Below are positions 34,469 through 42,796 of a DNA stretch of 47,719 nucleotides, piece after piece. The DNA comes from Candidatus Nanohalalkaliarchaeum halalkaliphilum (GTDB lineage Archaea; Nanohalarchaeota; Nanosalinia; Nanosalinales; Nanohalalkaliarchaeaceae). Position numbers and translations under genes: made by a program. Position 1 is the stretch's first letter. Every line of letters starts with the position of its first letter. Location of the stretch: positions 1 to 47,719 of the forward strand of contig JALDAF010000001.1 in assembly GCA_022729315.1 (NCBI GenBank), written 5' to 3'. The notes below the pieces were generated by a model that made no database searches, had not been told where the DNA came from, and saw only the letters and a program-made list of their open reading frames with translations.

Positions 34469-34966
34469 ATGGACCGTGACGAGTATGAGGACTATCTCGT
34501 GGATACAGCGCGTCGAATTCTTCGACGCTCGAACGAGAATCCGACGGAATCTCGTGATGCGAAAGAACTGCTGCAGGATACGCCCGGATCCGATCCCAAT
34601 GGACCGGATGATACGGTACAGCTGGAGAACGATAACCGGGACAGGCGCCGCACCGCCCACGAGCAGGTATCGGACGCGAAAAGCGCCGCGGACAGGGACG
34701 ATACACTACGAAAGAGGAAAAAAGAGGCAGATTTTCTTGCCCGCCGTCACAACACCATGGACAATACCGACCTTGAACGGTTCCTGTCCGGTACATCAGA
34801 GTTCCATGAACACCTTCGGGATGCGGACGATCTCGAGTTCTCTGACTGGGAGAACCGCATACTCATCACCGGTTCCAGCAGATCGGTAGAGGAACTTGCT
34901 GATGAACTGGATCGTGATGTTGGCACTGTAAGGCTCCAGATGAAGCTACTGGGGCTGGACCGGTAG
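34469..34966 (+). CDS. Hypothetical protein with C-terminal Myb/SANT-like HTH
   Basis: Start trimmed to MDRDEYEDY. C-terminal FSDWENRILITGSSRSVEELADELDRDVGTVRLQMKLLGL follows the W..E..L....s...IA..L.r....v pattern. The longer start at 34397 would overlap the upstream gene. Confidence 0.5.
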   Translation: MDRDEYEDYLVDTARRILRRSNENPTESRDAKELLQDTPGSDPNGPDDTVQLENDNRDRRRTAHEQVSDAKSAADRDDTLRKRKKEADFLARRHNTMDNTDLERFLSGTSEFHEHLRDADDLEFSDWENRILITGSSRSVEELADELDRDVGTVRLQMKLLGLDR

Positions 34967-34978
34967 CCGAGAATATCG

Positions 34979-35467
34979 CTAGATGGATTTATCGCGATAG
35001 GCATCATGTGTGAGGAAATGCAGGTTGACATCGCTGTCTGGTTCATCCACGATATACACTGGTACGGTTTCATCGTCTAAGCTACCGAGTGATAGAAGAG
35101 TCCGGTCATCTACGCGATACATATTTTCTCCAGCCTGGTTCTTGAATAGGTCTGTAAGAAACTGTTCTGGAAGTGTGTGTGGACGCCGCAAGTGAAAGGT
35201 GGTGGGGGCAGTTGCCTCGTTTGGATCCCAGTTGGGAGAATGGTACTTACGGAACCCCAGATGCCCCATGTCAGCAGATAGTTCGGTATCATACTGGACA
35301 GTGATCTCCTTCAGTGACTGATAGGAGGGAATATTATCCGATCGAGTACGGAGTTCTGGCGTATTACTGCGTGTATATAAATTGGAACGAAGCAATTCAC
35401 GCCACGCATCTAGCGTTTCCGGATACTCGTCTTCATAGGCCATGCTGAAACAACTGTTCGTCATCAT
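34979..35467 (-). CDS. Hypothetical protein
   Basis: 162 aa with no recognised motif. The ATG lies 29 nt from the centre of the shared TATA element. Confidence 0.5.
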   Translation of the reverse strand: MMTNSCFSMAYEDEYPETLDAWRELLRSNLYTRSNTPELRTRSDNIPSYQSLKEITVQYDTELSADMGHLGFRKYHSPNWDPNEATAPTTFHLRRPHTLPEQFLTDLFKNQAGENMYRVDDRTLLSLGSLDDETVPVYIVDEPDSDVNLHFLTHDAYRDKSI

Positions 35468-35490
35468 TAAAAACCTCGACCGACCAAAAG

Positions 35491-35501
35491 ATTTATATAC
35501 T
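35491..35501. promoter_or_regulatory. Single TATA-like element shared by two divergent genes
   Basis: ATTTATATACT lies in a 55-nt intergenic region, 27 nt from the ATG at 35523 (+) and 29 nt from the ATG at 35467 (-). Confidence 0.45.
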
Positions 35502-35522
35502 ACTACTGTTATGTAGTAACAT

Positions 35523-36485
35523 ATGTGGGGGGTTGGGGAAGTACACGAAAAGCTGGGTAGTGATGAGGCCCGTAAACAACTGGTAAAACGGTATGGGGAG
35601 GAAACGCCCAGTACTGAAGATGTAGATGCAGATATTGTCTATGAACCGCGGGCGAATTCAGGCCGATATATGGTGTATTGTCCGTCTGGAGACGTAACAG
35701 AGAATGAAGGCGTAGACCAACTCACTACGTATGCCGAGAATATTCTTACAGATGCTGATGTCGCTTCTGTAGATCGTATTCGGTACGACTGGCAGAATGA
35801 ACAGGCGGTTATGGAGACAGAGAGTGGTGAAGAGTATATGGAGATCATAGCGCAGGGTGAGGGCCGTCAATACGTGATAGGAACTGTGGACGGTATAGAT
35901 GTACTGCTGTATCGGGATCAAGAATCCGGGGAGAACGCGGCATACACTGAACATGGCAGAATAGATGGATGGAATCAGCTGTACGCCCGATTGGACGCTA
36001 TGGAACAGCTTGGTGCTGCTTGTGACGCTGCTGAAGATCGTGCCACGGCAGCGGAACAGGGGAAGTACACGTTTAAAGAAGGTGTGGGATTTCTCCAGGA
36101 CATAGCCGAATTGAATGTGGATCGTGAAGATGTCACGCGGAAGGTACAGGAGGATATCATTGATACTGCATTGAATGATTTGAACGCTATCCAGAAATCA
36201 AATGGTGATCGACAGCCGGTCCACAGTTTCCGAGATTTTGTGGATCAGGCAAATGTAGCGAAGTTCCTGGATGGGTATGGACTCCCTGATGTAGCACAGA
36301 TATCCTGTGGTGGCGAGTACAGAGCATGGCTTGTGGACGGAAACGACGTGGATAAGCTTGGAGACAATACGGTCTACGGTCTCGCAGTTGTTGACAAAAG
36401 CAGCGGTAACACAGGCCAATCGAACAGAAAGGACAGGATAAATACGCATGAGGATATCCTCACAGTTCTCAACAACGGCCGGTAG
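35523..36485 (+). CDS. Hypothetical acidic protein
   Basis: 320 aa with no recognised motif. Coding-like composition throughout. Confidence 0.55.
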   Translation: MWGVGEVHEKLGSDEARKQLVKRYGEETPSTEDVDADIVYEPRANSGRYMVYCPSGDVTENEGVDQLTTYAENILTDADVASVDRIRYDWQNEQAVMETESGEEYMEIIAQGEGRQYVIGTVDGIDVLLYRDQESGENAAYTEHGRIDGWNQLYARLDAMEQLGAACDAAEDRATAAEQGKYTFKEGVGFLQDIAELNVDREDVTRKVQEDIIDTALNDLNAIQKSNGDRQPVHSFRDFVDQANVAKFLDGYGLPDVAQISCGGEYRAWLVDGNDVDKLGDNTVYGLAVVDKSSGNTGQSNRKDRINTHEDILTVLNNGR

Positions 36486-36560
36486 CCGCTGTGCAGTATC
36501 GGTATCGTATCAAAATAAGCAGATATACACAGTTAAGAAAGCGTGATGAAATCACGTATC

Positions 36561-36569
36561 ATATTTTAA
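36561..36569 (+). promoter_or_regulatory. TATA-like box for the PHP gene, preceded by a palindrome
   Basis: ATATTTTAA centred 29 nt upstream of the ATG at 36594. The palindrome CGTGAT-GAA-ATCACG lies at 36542-36556, immediately upstream. Confidence 0.4.
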
Positions 36570-36593
36570 CTGTTGGCCGCACATGCTGTACCA

Positions 36594-37406
36594 ATGTCGT
36601 TTTTAGAGGATGATTCCAGAACTGAACAGGAGGATACTGGCACGGTCACGTTCAGGATCGATCCGCACGTGCATTCTGAAGGGTCGTATGATGCGCATGA
36701 TCCGGTTGAGTTGTTGTTGGAGCAGGCGGCGGACATCGGGCTGGACGGGATCGTTATCACGGACCATGACACGATCCATGAATCGCTCAAGGCTGCGGAG
36801 CTGGCGTCGGAGTACGGGTTGATCGGTATTCCAGGGGTGGAGGTGTCCACGCGGCATGGCCATGTCCTTGCAGTCGGTGTGGAAGAGATGCCGACCGTGG
36901 GCGCGCCGCTCGGTGATACGGTGAAGGAGATCCGGGAGTTAGGGGGGGTGGCTATCATCGCCCATCCCTTCCAGTTTACGCGTCATGGCGCTCGCAAAAA
37001 ACATATCACGGACGGGGATGCCATCGAAGTGTACAATGCTTGGCTGTTCACCGGATACCGCAACAAGCGGGCGATGACGTTTGCACGAAACCACGGATAT
37101 CCGGAGATCGGGTCAAGCGATGCACACTCCGTGCCGCTGGTGGGCCGTGCATATACTGAGATAAAGATCGATCCGACAGCGGTGGATGTCGACAAGATCT
37201 CTCCGGAAACGATCGATAAAGATATCGTCCTGCAGGCTATCCGTGATGGTTCAACTGATATACACGGCAAACGTAAACCGGTTCATACCAGCGTGATCGA
37301 CTATTCGAAAGGAGCCGGCCGGAAGACGGGATACCTGACAAAGGCGTACACGACAAAGATCGTGCGTTACACGGTGTCGTTGCTGTCATCGATCGTTGGA
37401 CGATAG
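36594..37406 (+). CDS. PHP-domain metal-dependent phosphoesterase
   Basis: Start trimmed to MSFLEDD. RIDPHVHSEGSYDAHD...GIVITDHDT...GVEVST...IAHPF...SSDAHS is the PHP His/Asp motif series. Confidence 0.8.
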   Translation: MSFLEDDSRTEQEDTGTVTFRIDPHVHSEGSYDAHDPVELLLEQAADIGLDGIVITDHDTIHESLKAAELASEYGLIGIPGVEVSTRHGHVLAVGVEEMPTVGAPLGDTVKEIRELGGVAIIAHPFQFTRHGARKKHITDGDAIEVYNAWLFTGYRNKRAMTFARNHGYPEIGSSDAHSVPLVGRAYTEIKIDPTAVDVDKISPETIDKDIVLQAIRDGSTDIHGKRKPVHTSVIDYSKGAGRKTGYLTKAYTTKIVRYTVSLLSSIVGR

Positions 37407-37409
37407 GTT

Positions 37410-38819
37410 TCAGGAGTTGAGGATCTCGTTGACCGTTCGGATCTGCAGCATGTTGGTCGTCCCGGTTACGGCTGTCGGTACGCCTGCTGTCAGTACCAGA
37501 GTATCATCAGCTTCCGCCAGTCCGTTCTCAGACAGGTACGCTACCGAGTCATGGATCATGTCGTCCGCGTATTCCGGGAACTCCATGAGATACGCCTTCA
37601 CTCCCCATACCAGGTTAAGCTGGCGTTTAATCGTTTCAGAATCCGTGAACGCCACGATCTCCGTACTGGGCCGGTACCGGGCAAGGTTACGTGCCGTGTA
37701 GCCGGATGTGGTGTGCGCCACAAGGTACCGTGCATCGATATCCTTTGATGCCTGCCACGCCGACTTCGAGATCACGTCCGCGGTATCCCTGCTTGGAGTC
37801 CGCACCGTATGATGCACGTGATCGGCGACATGCTCCTCTGCCCGTTCGATGACACGTGCCATGACCTCAACCGCCTTCACCGGATACTCACCGATCGCTG
37901 TCTCCTCGGACAGCATCACCGCGTCGGTACCATCCATGACCGCGTTCGATACATCCGATACTTCGGCCCGGGTCGCCCGCGGATGATCCGTCATCGACGA
38001 CATCATCTGTGTGGCGGTGATCACCGGTTTACCGGCGTTGTTACACTTCTGGATGATCTGCTTCTGCAGTATCGGCACCTCTTCAGCCGGTAACTCCACA
38101 CCCAGGTCACCCCGTGCGATCATAACACCGTCAGATACGTCGATGATCTCATCAATGTTATCCACGGCCGTGATATGCTCGATCTTTGCAATCACCGCCA
38201 TATCAGAGCCCTCCGATTCAAGTATGTTACGAACCGCTTCCACATCCTCCGGCCGCTTCACGAACGATACTGCAACCAGGTCAAACCCGGCCTGCGCTCC
38301 GAACCGGAGATCTTCCCGGTCCTTCTCCGTCAACCCTTCCGGTCCCACGTCGCGTTCCGGGATGCTCAGGGACTGGTGGGAGATCACCTCACCGCCATAC
38401 AGCACGGTACACACGATCCGGTCATCCTGTATTTCTTCGACCAGCAGCTCCACATCACCGTCACCAACGATGATGTGGTCACCGGTCTCCGCATCATCAA
38501 TAAACGCAGTGTAGTCCGTTGAAAGCCGGTCTGCAGTACCAGTCACAGTATCAGTAACAATCTCGAGGGTACTGTCTACCTCCAGAATGGTTCCCTCCTC
38601 CACGTCCCGTAACCGGATGTCCGGTCCCTGCGTGTCCATCATCACGGCAACGCTATCAGAACATCCATGTACCGTGTTCAGCACGTCACCGTGTTCTTCA
38701 CGGGTGCCGTGAGAAAAGTTCTGCCGGACCACGTCCACGCCACTGTCGATCAGGGATTCGAGTGTGTCCGTCGATCCTGATGCAGGTCCGATGGTGGCCA
38801 CGATCTTGGTCTTTCGCAT
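37410..38819 (-). CDS. pyk: Pyruvate kinase
   Basis: 469 aa. MRKTKIVATIGPAS, FSHG, IAKIE, MIARGDLGVE, ITATQMMSSM and a C-terminal regulatory domain. Confidence 0.9.
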   Translation of the reverse strand: MRKTKIVATIGPASGSTDTLESLIDSGVDVVRQNFSHGTREEHGDVLNTVHGCSDSVAVMMDTQGPDIRLRDVEEGTILEVDSTLEIVTDTVTGTADRLSTDYTAFIDDAETGDHIIVGDGDVELLVEEIQDDRIVCTVLYGGEVISHQSLSIPERDVGPEGLTEKDREDLRFGAQAGFDLVAVSFVKRPEDVEAVRNILESEGSDMAVIAKIEHITAVDNIDEIIDVSDGVMIARGDLGVELPAEEVPILQKQIIQKCNNAGKPVITATQMMSSMTDHPRATRAEVSDVSNAVMDGTDAVMLSEETAIGEYPVKAVEVMARVIERAEEHVADHVHHTVRTPSRDTADVISKSAWQASKDIDARYLVAHTTSGYTARNLARYRPSTEIVAFTDSETIKRQLNLVWGVKAYLMEFPEYADDMIHDSVAYLSENGLAEADDTLVLTAGVPTAVTGTTNMLQIRTVNEILNS

Positions 38820-38968
38820 ACCTGTCTACAACCCAGCATAATCCCTTGTATGGGGACAGTTAAATCCTCTTCGGATCAGGCGGTTCGGCAGAAATCGAAC
38901 GTCACGTGTCCATGAGCACCGATTACGGTGGACGAACGATTCTTAAAGTTCCTGAAACACGTACAGGT

Positions 38969-40162
38969 ATGCCATATAAGATCGGGCTTGTGGGAAAGCC
39001 GTCTGTCGGGAAGTCCACGTTCTTCAACGCAGCCACGATGGACGAGATCGATGAGGCGGACTACCCGTTCACCACGATCGACCCGAATGTTGGGGAGGCC
39101 TATGTCCGCGTGGAGTGTGCGGCACCGGATTTTGATGAGGAATGTGATCCGCGGGTCGGATTCTGCATAGACGGGATGCGGTACGTGCCGGTCCAGCTCG
39201 TGGATGTGGCTGGGCTGATACCCGGCGCGCACGAAGGCAAAGGTCTGGGGAACCAGTTCCTCACGGATCTGAACGAGGCGGACGTGCTCATCCATATCGT
39301 GGACTTCTCGGGTACGACCGACATCGAGGGCGAGCCGACCGATGGCCATGATCCGCGGGAGGACATCGATTTCCTGGGGCACGAGCTGGATATGTGGTAC
39401 CTGGAGATACTGGGGAAAGGGATCGAACGGTTCCAGAACAAGCGGCGGCAGCATGAGGTCAGGATCGAGGAGGAGCTGGCCGAGCAGATGAGTGCGTTCC
39501 AGACCAACAAGAACGAGATCAAGAGCACGATCCTGTCACTGGGGATCGGACTGGAGCCGGATGACTGGAGTGAAGAGGACCGCCTGGAACTGGCTCGCAC
39601 CATCCGAAAAGCAACCAAGCCCATGATCATCGCCGCCAACAAGATGGATACGGAACTGGCGCAGGAACACTATGAGACGGTCATGAACGACCCTGACTAC
39701 GAGCACCTGTCCATCGTCCCGTGCAGCGCTCACGCCGAGAAAGCATTGAAACGGGCTGCGGAGCAGGGGGTGGTAGAGTATGCGCCAGGCGAACCCGATT
39801 TCGAGATCACGGGGGATATTTCAGCGGGACAGGAAGACGGCCTTGAACAGATCCGTGCTTTCATGGACGCGTACAGTGGGACAGGCGTTCAGCGTGCATT
39901 GGAAACAGCACTGTTCGACAAACTGGGTGTGATCGCTGTCTTCCCGGGCGGTGCCGAAGGACTGGGGGACAAGCACGGTAACATTTTGCCCGACTGTTTC
40001 CTGCTCCCGGGCCAGGCTACAGCCGAGGACTTTGCGTACCATATCCATACCGATATCGGTGAAGGATTTTTGCACGCTATCGATGTCCGCGAGCAACGAC
40101 AGATCGGTGCGGATCATGAACTGGCACACCGTGATGTTGTTGAGATCGTGTCCTCAAACTGA
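38969..40162 (+). CDS. Obg-family P-loop GTPase/ATPase, YchF/Ola1-related, with C-terminal TGS domain
   Basis: Start trimmed to MPYKIGLVGKPSVGKSTFFNAAT (G1). DVAGLIPGAHEG (G3), AANKMD (G4), and C-terminal DVVEIVS (TGS-like). CTTAAAG is centred 24 nt upstream. Confidence 0.8.
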   Translation: MPYKIGLVGKPSVGKSTFFNAATMDEIDEADYPFTTIDPNVGEAYVRVECAAPDFDEECDPRVGFCIDGMRYVPVQLVDVAGLIPGAHEGKGLGNQFLTDLNEADVLIHIVDFSGTTDIEGEPTDGHDPREDIDFLGHELDMWYLEILGKGIERFQNKRRQHEVRIEEELAEQMSAFQTNKNEIKSTILSLGIGLEPDDWSEEDRLELARTIRKATKPMIIAANKMDTELAQEHYETVMNDPDYEHLSIVPCSAHAEKALKRAAEQGVVEYAPGEPDFEITGDISAGQEDGLEQIRAFMDAYSGTGVQRALETALFDKLGVIAVFPGGAEGLGDKHGNILPDCFLLPGQATAEDFAYHIHTDIGEGFLHAIDVREQRQIGADHELAHRDVVEIVSSN

Positions 40163-40173
40163 ATACGTGGCGG

Positions 40174-40848
40174 TTAATCCTGCCGGTACTTCTTGTATAG
40201 ACGTTCGCCGAGCAATGCTGCACCAACGGATGCGATAACCGTTCCTGCAGATTTCACGTATGGATCAGAAAGTAGGGTTTTCGTCTCTTCCCAGTACTGT
40301 TCCGCGGCTTCCCTGTCGGCGTCGGTCATGTTGACAAGCATATCTGCCTTGAGCCTACCGTTTTCCACGGGAACGGATTGTTCATCGACCGGGGGTTCAG
40401 TTACATGGACCTCTTTTTCCATGGATGGTAACTGCGTGGGATGCGGTCCGAACAGTTCCAGTGTCTGGTCGTACGCCTCCTCCTGTAACTCCTCGAATTC
40501 CCTGTAACGCGTTTTCAGCGTATCGATGCTGTTACGAAGCTGTTCCTGTTCGTCAACACTGCCAGGCATATGTTCGTACTCCCAGTCAAGATCCGGGTGT
40601 TGCATATTGGAAAGTTTCTTTTCCATATCAAGGAGCGAAAGGAAACTTTCGTACGCTGACTCCTGCACATCCGGAAGAACGTCGTACAGGGTAACTATCT
40701 CATCTGCGATCTCTTCTACTTCCGCTTCAGCACCATCCACAGAATCAAAATACTCGTAGTTGTCAAGCTGGTCCCGGTACGCCTTGACCTGCGTCCCCCA
40801 CACCCCGATCCTGTCACGATGATACTCGTGAAACGCATCAACATCCAT
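40174..40848 (-). CDS. Hypothetical tail-anchored helical protein (paralogue of 40947-41477)
   Basis: Start trimmed to MDVDAFHEY. Acidic helical body and a single C-terminal TM (AGTVIASVGAALLGERLYKKYRQD). Confidence 0.55.
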   Translation of the reverse strand: MDVDAFHEYHRDRIGVWGTQVKAYRDQLDNYEYFDSVDGAEAEVEEIADEIVTLYDVLPDVQESAYESFLSLLDMEKKLSNMQHPDLDWEYEHMPGSVDEQEQLRNSIDTLKTRYREFEELQEEAYDQTLELFGPHPTQLPSMEKEVHVTEPPVDEQSVPVENGRLKADMLVNMTDADREAAEQYWEETKTLLSDPYVKSAGTVIASVGAALLGERLYKKYRQD

Positions 40849-40946
40849 ACTATGTAAACAACATTGTAAAAACGGTTTAAAACAGTGTCCCTTCAAGGGA
40901 AAATAAGAAAACATATGTTAAATAAACGGTTTTTGAACGGAGGAAG

Positions 40947-41477
40947 TCATTCATCTTTCAGGTACTCGCGGAGTACGGTGGCTCCGATGCCGAAAAACCC
41001 TGCTGCGCCGAGTTTCGTGTTCACATCCATCTGCCTGAGTCTGTCAAGGTAGGAGCCGGTCGTGGCAGTTTCCAGATGCTGGTTGATCGACGTATCAAAC
41101 TCGTTGTCTGCTCGTTCAGCAAGCTCGGTCTGCCGATCCTCAAGTGCAGCGTACTGATCATCCAGGTTTTCGATCCGGCTGTACGCTCGTTCCTGGAGCC
41201 CGGTGCTTCCTGGAAGTTCAGGGATGTTAGACAGTTCATCTTCCAGCAACAGCTCAAGTCCGGATTTAAGATGGTATACGTCCTCGTTCAGACCTGAGGC
41301 CTCACTGTACTGTTCTGCGAGCCGTGGTGCCCGATCCGTTATCTCCTGCTGCACCGTTTCCGCATCGTATGTACCGGAAACATTTTCGGACATCCATGAC
41401 TCCATAGCGGCGATTTCATGCTCCCATTCATCAAGAGCGTCACTGTACGACCGAACAATGTCTCGATACTCCCCCAT
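40947..41477 (-). CDS. Hypothetical tail-anchored helical protein
   Basis: 176 aa. Acidic helical body and a C-terminal TM (KLGAAGFFGIGATVLREYLKDE). Confidence 0.55.
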   Translation of the reverse strand: MGEYRDIVRSYSDALDEWEHEIAAMESWMSENVSGTYDAETVQQEITDRAPRLAEQYSEASGLNEDVYHLKSGLELLLEDELSNIPELPGSTGLQERAYSRIENLDDQYAALEDRQTELAERADNEFDTSINQHLETATTGSYLDRLRQMDVNTKLGAAGFFGIGATVLREYLKDE

Positions 41478-41604
41478 TGCACTACATTATTGTATCCAGA
41501 ATTTTTAAACAGTAGTTCCCACGGCTTAATAAACGTTCAATGCATGGGGGTATGTGCGTGGGGGTACACTGTTCTAGCAGTGCGCCGGGAGCGGTTGCTT
41601 GATC

Positions 41605-41626
41605 GAGGTTGATCATTCAACCTCGT
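41605..41626 (-). terminator. Perfect 9-bp hairpin downstream of tfb
   Basis: CGAGGTTGA-TCAT-TCAACCTCG, 48 nt beyond the tfb stop at 41674. A second 6-bp hairpin (AGTCGA-GTTAT-TCGACT) spans the stop codon itself. Confidence 0.4.
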
Positions 41627-41673
41627 GAAGTCGGCCTGTCTCTGTGGAGATGGGCAGTCGACATGGAGTCGAG

Positions 41674-42558
41674 TTATTCGACTTCATGGAGGCCGATCTC
41701 TTCAACCAGTTCCTTGTACCGGTTTCGGATGGTGACCTCTGTAACACCGACCGTGTCCGCTACTTCTCTCTGCGTCCGCTTTTCTCCTTCAAGAACGGCT
41801 GCGATGTACAGTGATGCTGCGGCAACACCGGTCGGGCCTTTACCGGACAGCAGGTCCTGTTCCTTGGCCTGTTCGATGATGCGGCGTGCACGTGCCTGGA
41901 CTTCTCCGGATAGTCCCAGGTCGCCAGCGAACCGTGGGATGTAGTCCTGTGGCTTGGCAGGCCGGATCTTAAGGTCCAGTTCGCGTGCCACGTACCGATA
42001 TGCCCGTCCGATCTCGCGTTTTTCGATGCCGGAGGCATCGGAGATCTCGTCGAGTGTTCGTGGTGTCCCCTGTTTCCGTGCCACCGTGTAGATGAGAGCG
42101 GTGATGACGGATTCCATGCTGCGTCCCCGTACCAGTCCCTTGTCCACTGCTTTCTCGTACAGCCGGGCGACCTCTTCATGGACGCTGCGCGGCAGGTTGA
42201 GCTGGGACACAAGCCGGTTCAGTTCTGACAGGGCGAATCCAAGGTTCCGGTCCTTGCTCTTGGTGAGGCGGTTGTGCCATTTGCGGATGCGGTAGTACTG
42301 CGCCCGCTTGTTCCCGGCTACCTTGTACAGTTCGCCGGAGCCTTTCCCGATCTTGGTCGACAGGCCCATATCGTGCTTCGTATAGGTTATCGGGGAGCCG
42401 GCACGCGCTTTCTTCTCACGTTGCTCCGCGTTGAATGCCCGCCATTCTGGGGAGTCGTCGATCATGTTTTCGTCAAGAACGATACCACATTTTTTGCAGA
42501 TAAGTTCTCCTTTCCCCTCCTTCGAAAAGTCTGTTGAGCCGCAATCAGGACAGGTCAT
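41674..42558 (-). CDS. tfb: Transcription initiation factor IIB (TFB)
   Basis: 294 aa. N-terminal Zn ribbon CPDCGS...CKKCG, B-linker, and two cyclin-fold repeats (GRSMESVITALIYTVARKQGTPRTL...; GKGPTGVAAASLYIAAVLEGEKRTQREVA). Confidence 0.9.
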   Translation of the reverse strand: MTCPDCGSTDFSKEGKGELICKKCGIVLDENMIDDSPEWRAFNAEQREKKARAGSPITYTKHDMGLSTKIGKGSGELYKVAGNKRAQYYRIRKWHNRLTKSKDRNLGFALSELNRLVSQLNLPRSVHEEVARLYEKAVDKGLVRGRSMESVITALIYTVARKQGTPRTLDEISDASGIEKREIGRAYRYVARELDLKIRPAKPQDYIPRFAGDLGLSGEVQARARRIIEQAKEQDLLSGKGPTGVAAASLYIAAVLEGEKRTQREVADTVGVTEVTIRNRYKELVEEIGLHEVE

Positions 42559-42675
42559 GACGTTTTTGTCCTGTTCGTCTGTTTCAGAAGAATCTGTTGT
42601 AACATCTGTGCCCTGTTCCGCATTTTTCTGCGTAATAGCTAAAACCCCGTTATAGGGAGCCGATTTCCCCTTGTT

Positions 42676-42707
42676 ACGGCCGGGACTCCCTTGTTATCAC
42701 CGGCCGT
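42676..42707 (-). other. 8-bp inverted repeat (hairpin) in the tfb-tfb intergenic region
   Basis: ACGGCCGG...16 nt...CCGGCCGT. Nearby are the direct repeats CCCTTGTTA (x2) and GAGACGTGG-TG-GAGACGTGG (42771-42793). Confidence 0.45.
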
Positions 42708-42796
42708 TAGGTAAACCTGTAGTCCGACCTTTTTATATTTCACATACATTTCCGGGGTGATAAACGTAACGAGACGTGGTGGAGACGTGGCCGAAT

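Noticed and set aside
35509-35521. The 13-mer TTATGTAGTAACA shared by two divergent promoter regions (35509-35521 and 44707-44719), each followed by a G-run.
   Set aside because: In a 47.7-kb window, well over ten exact 13-mer coincidences are expected by chance. The motif sits downstream of the TATA box in one case and upstream in the other. G5-6 runs are common at this G+C content. The evidence for a shared regulatory element is insufficient.
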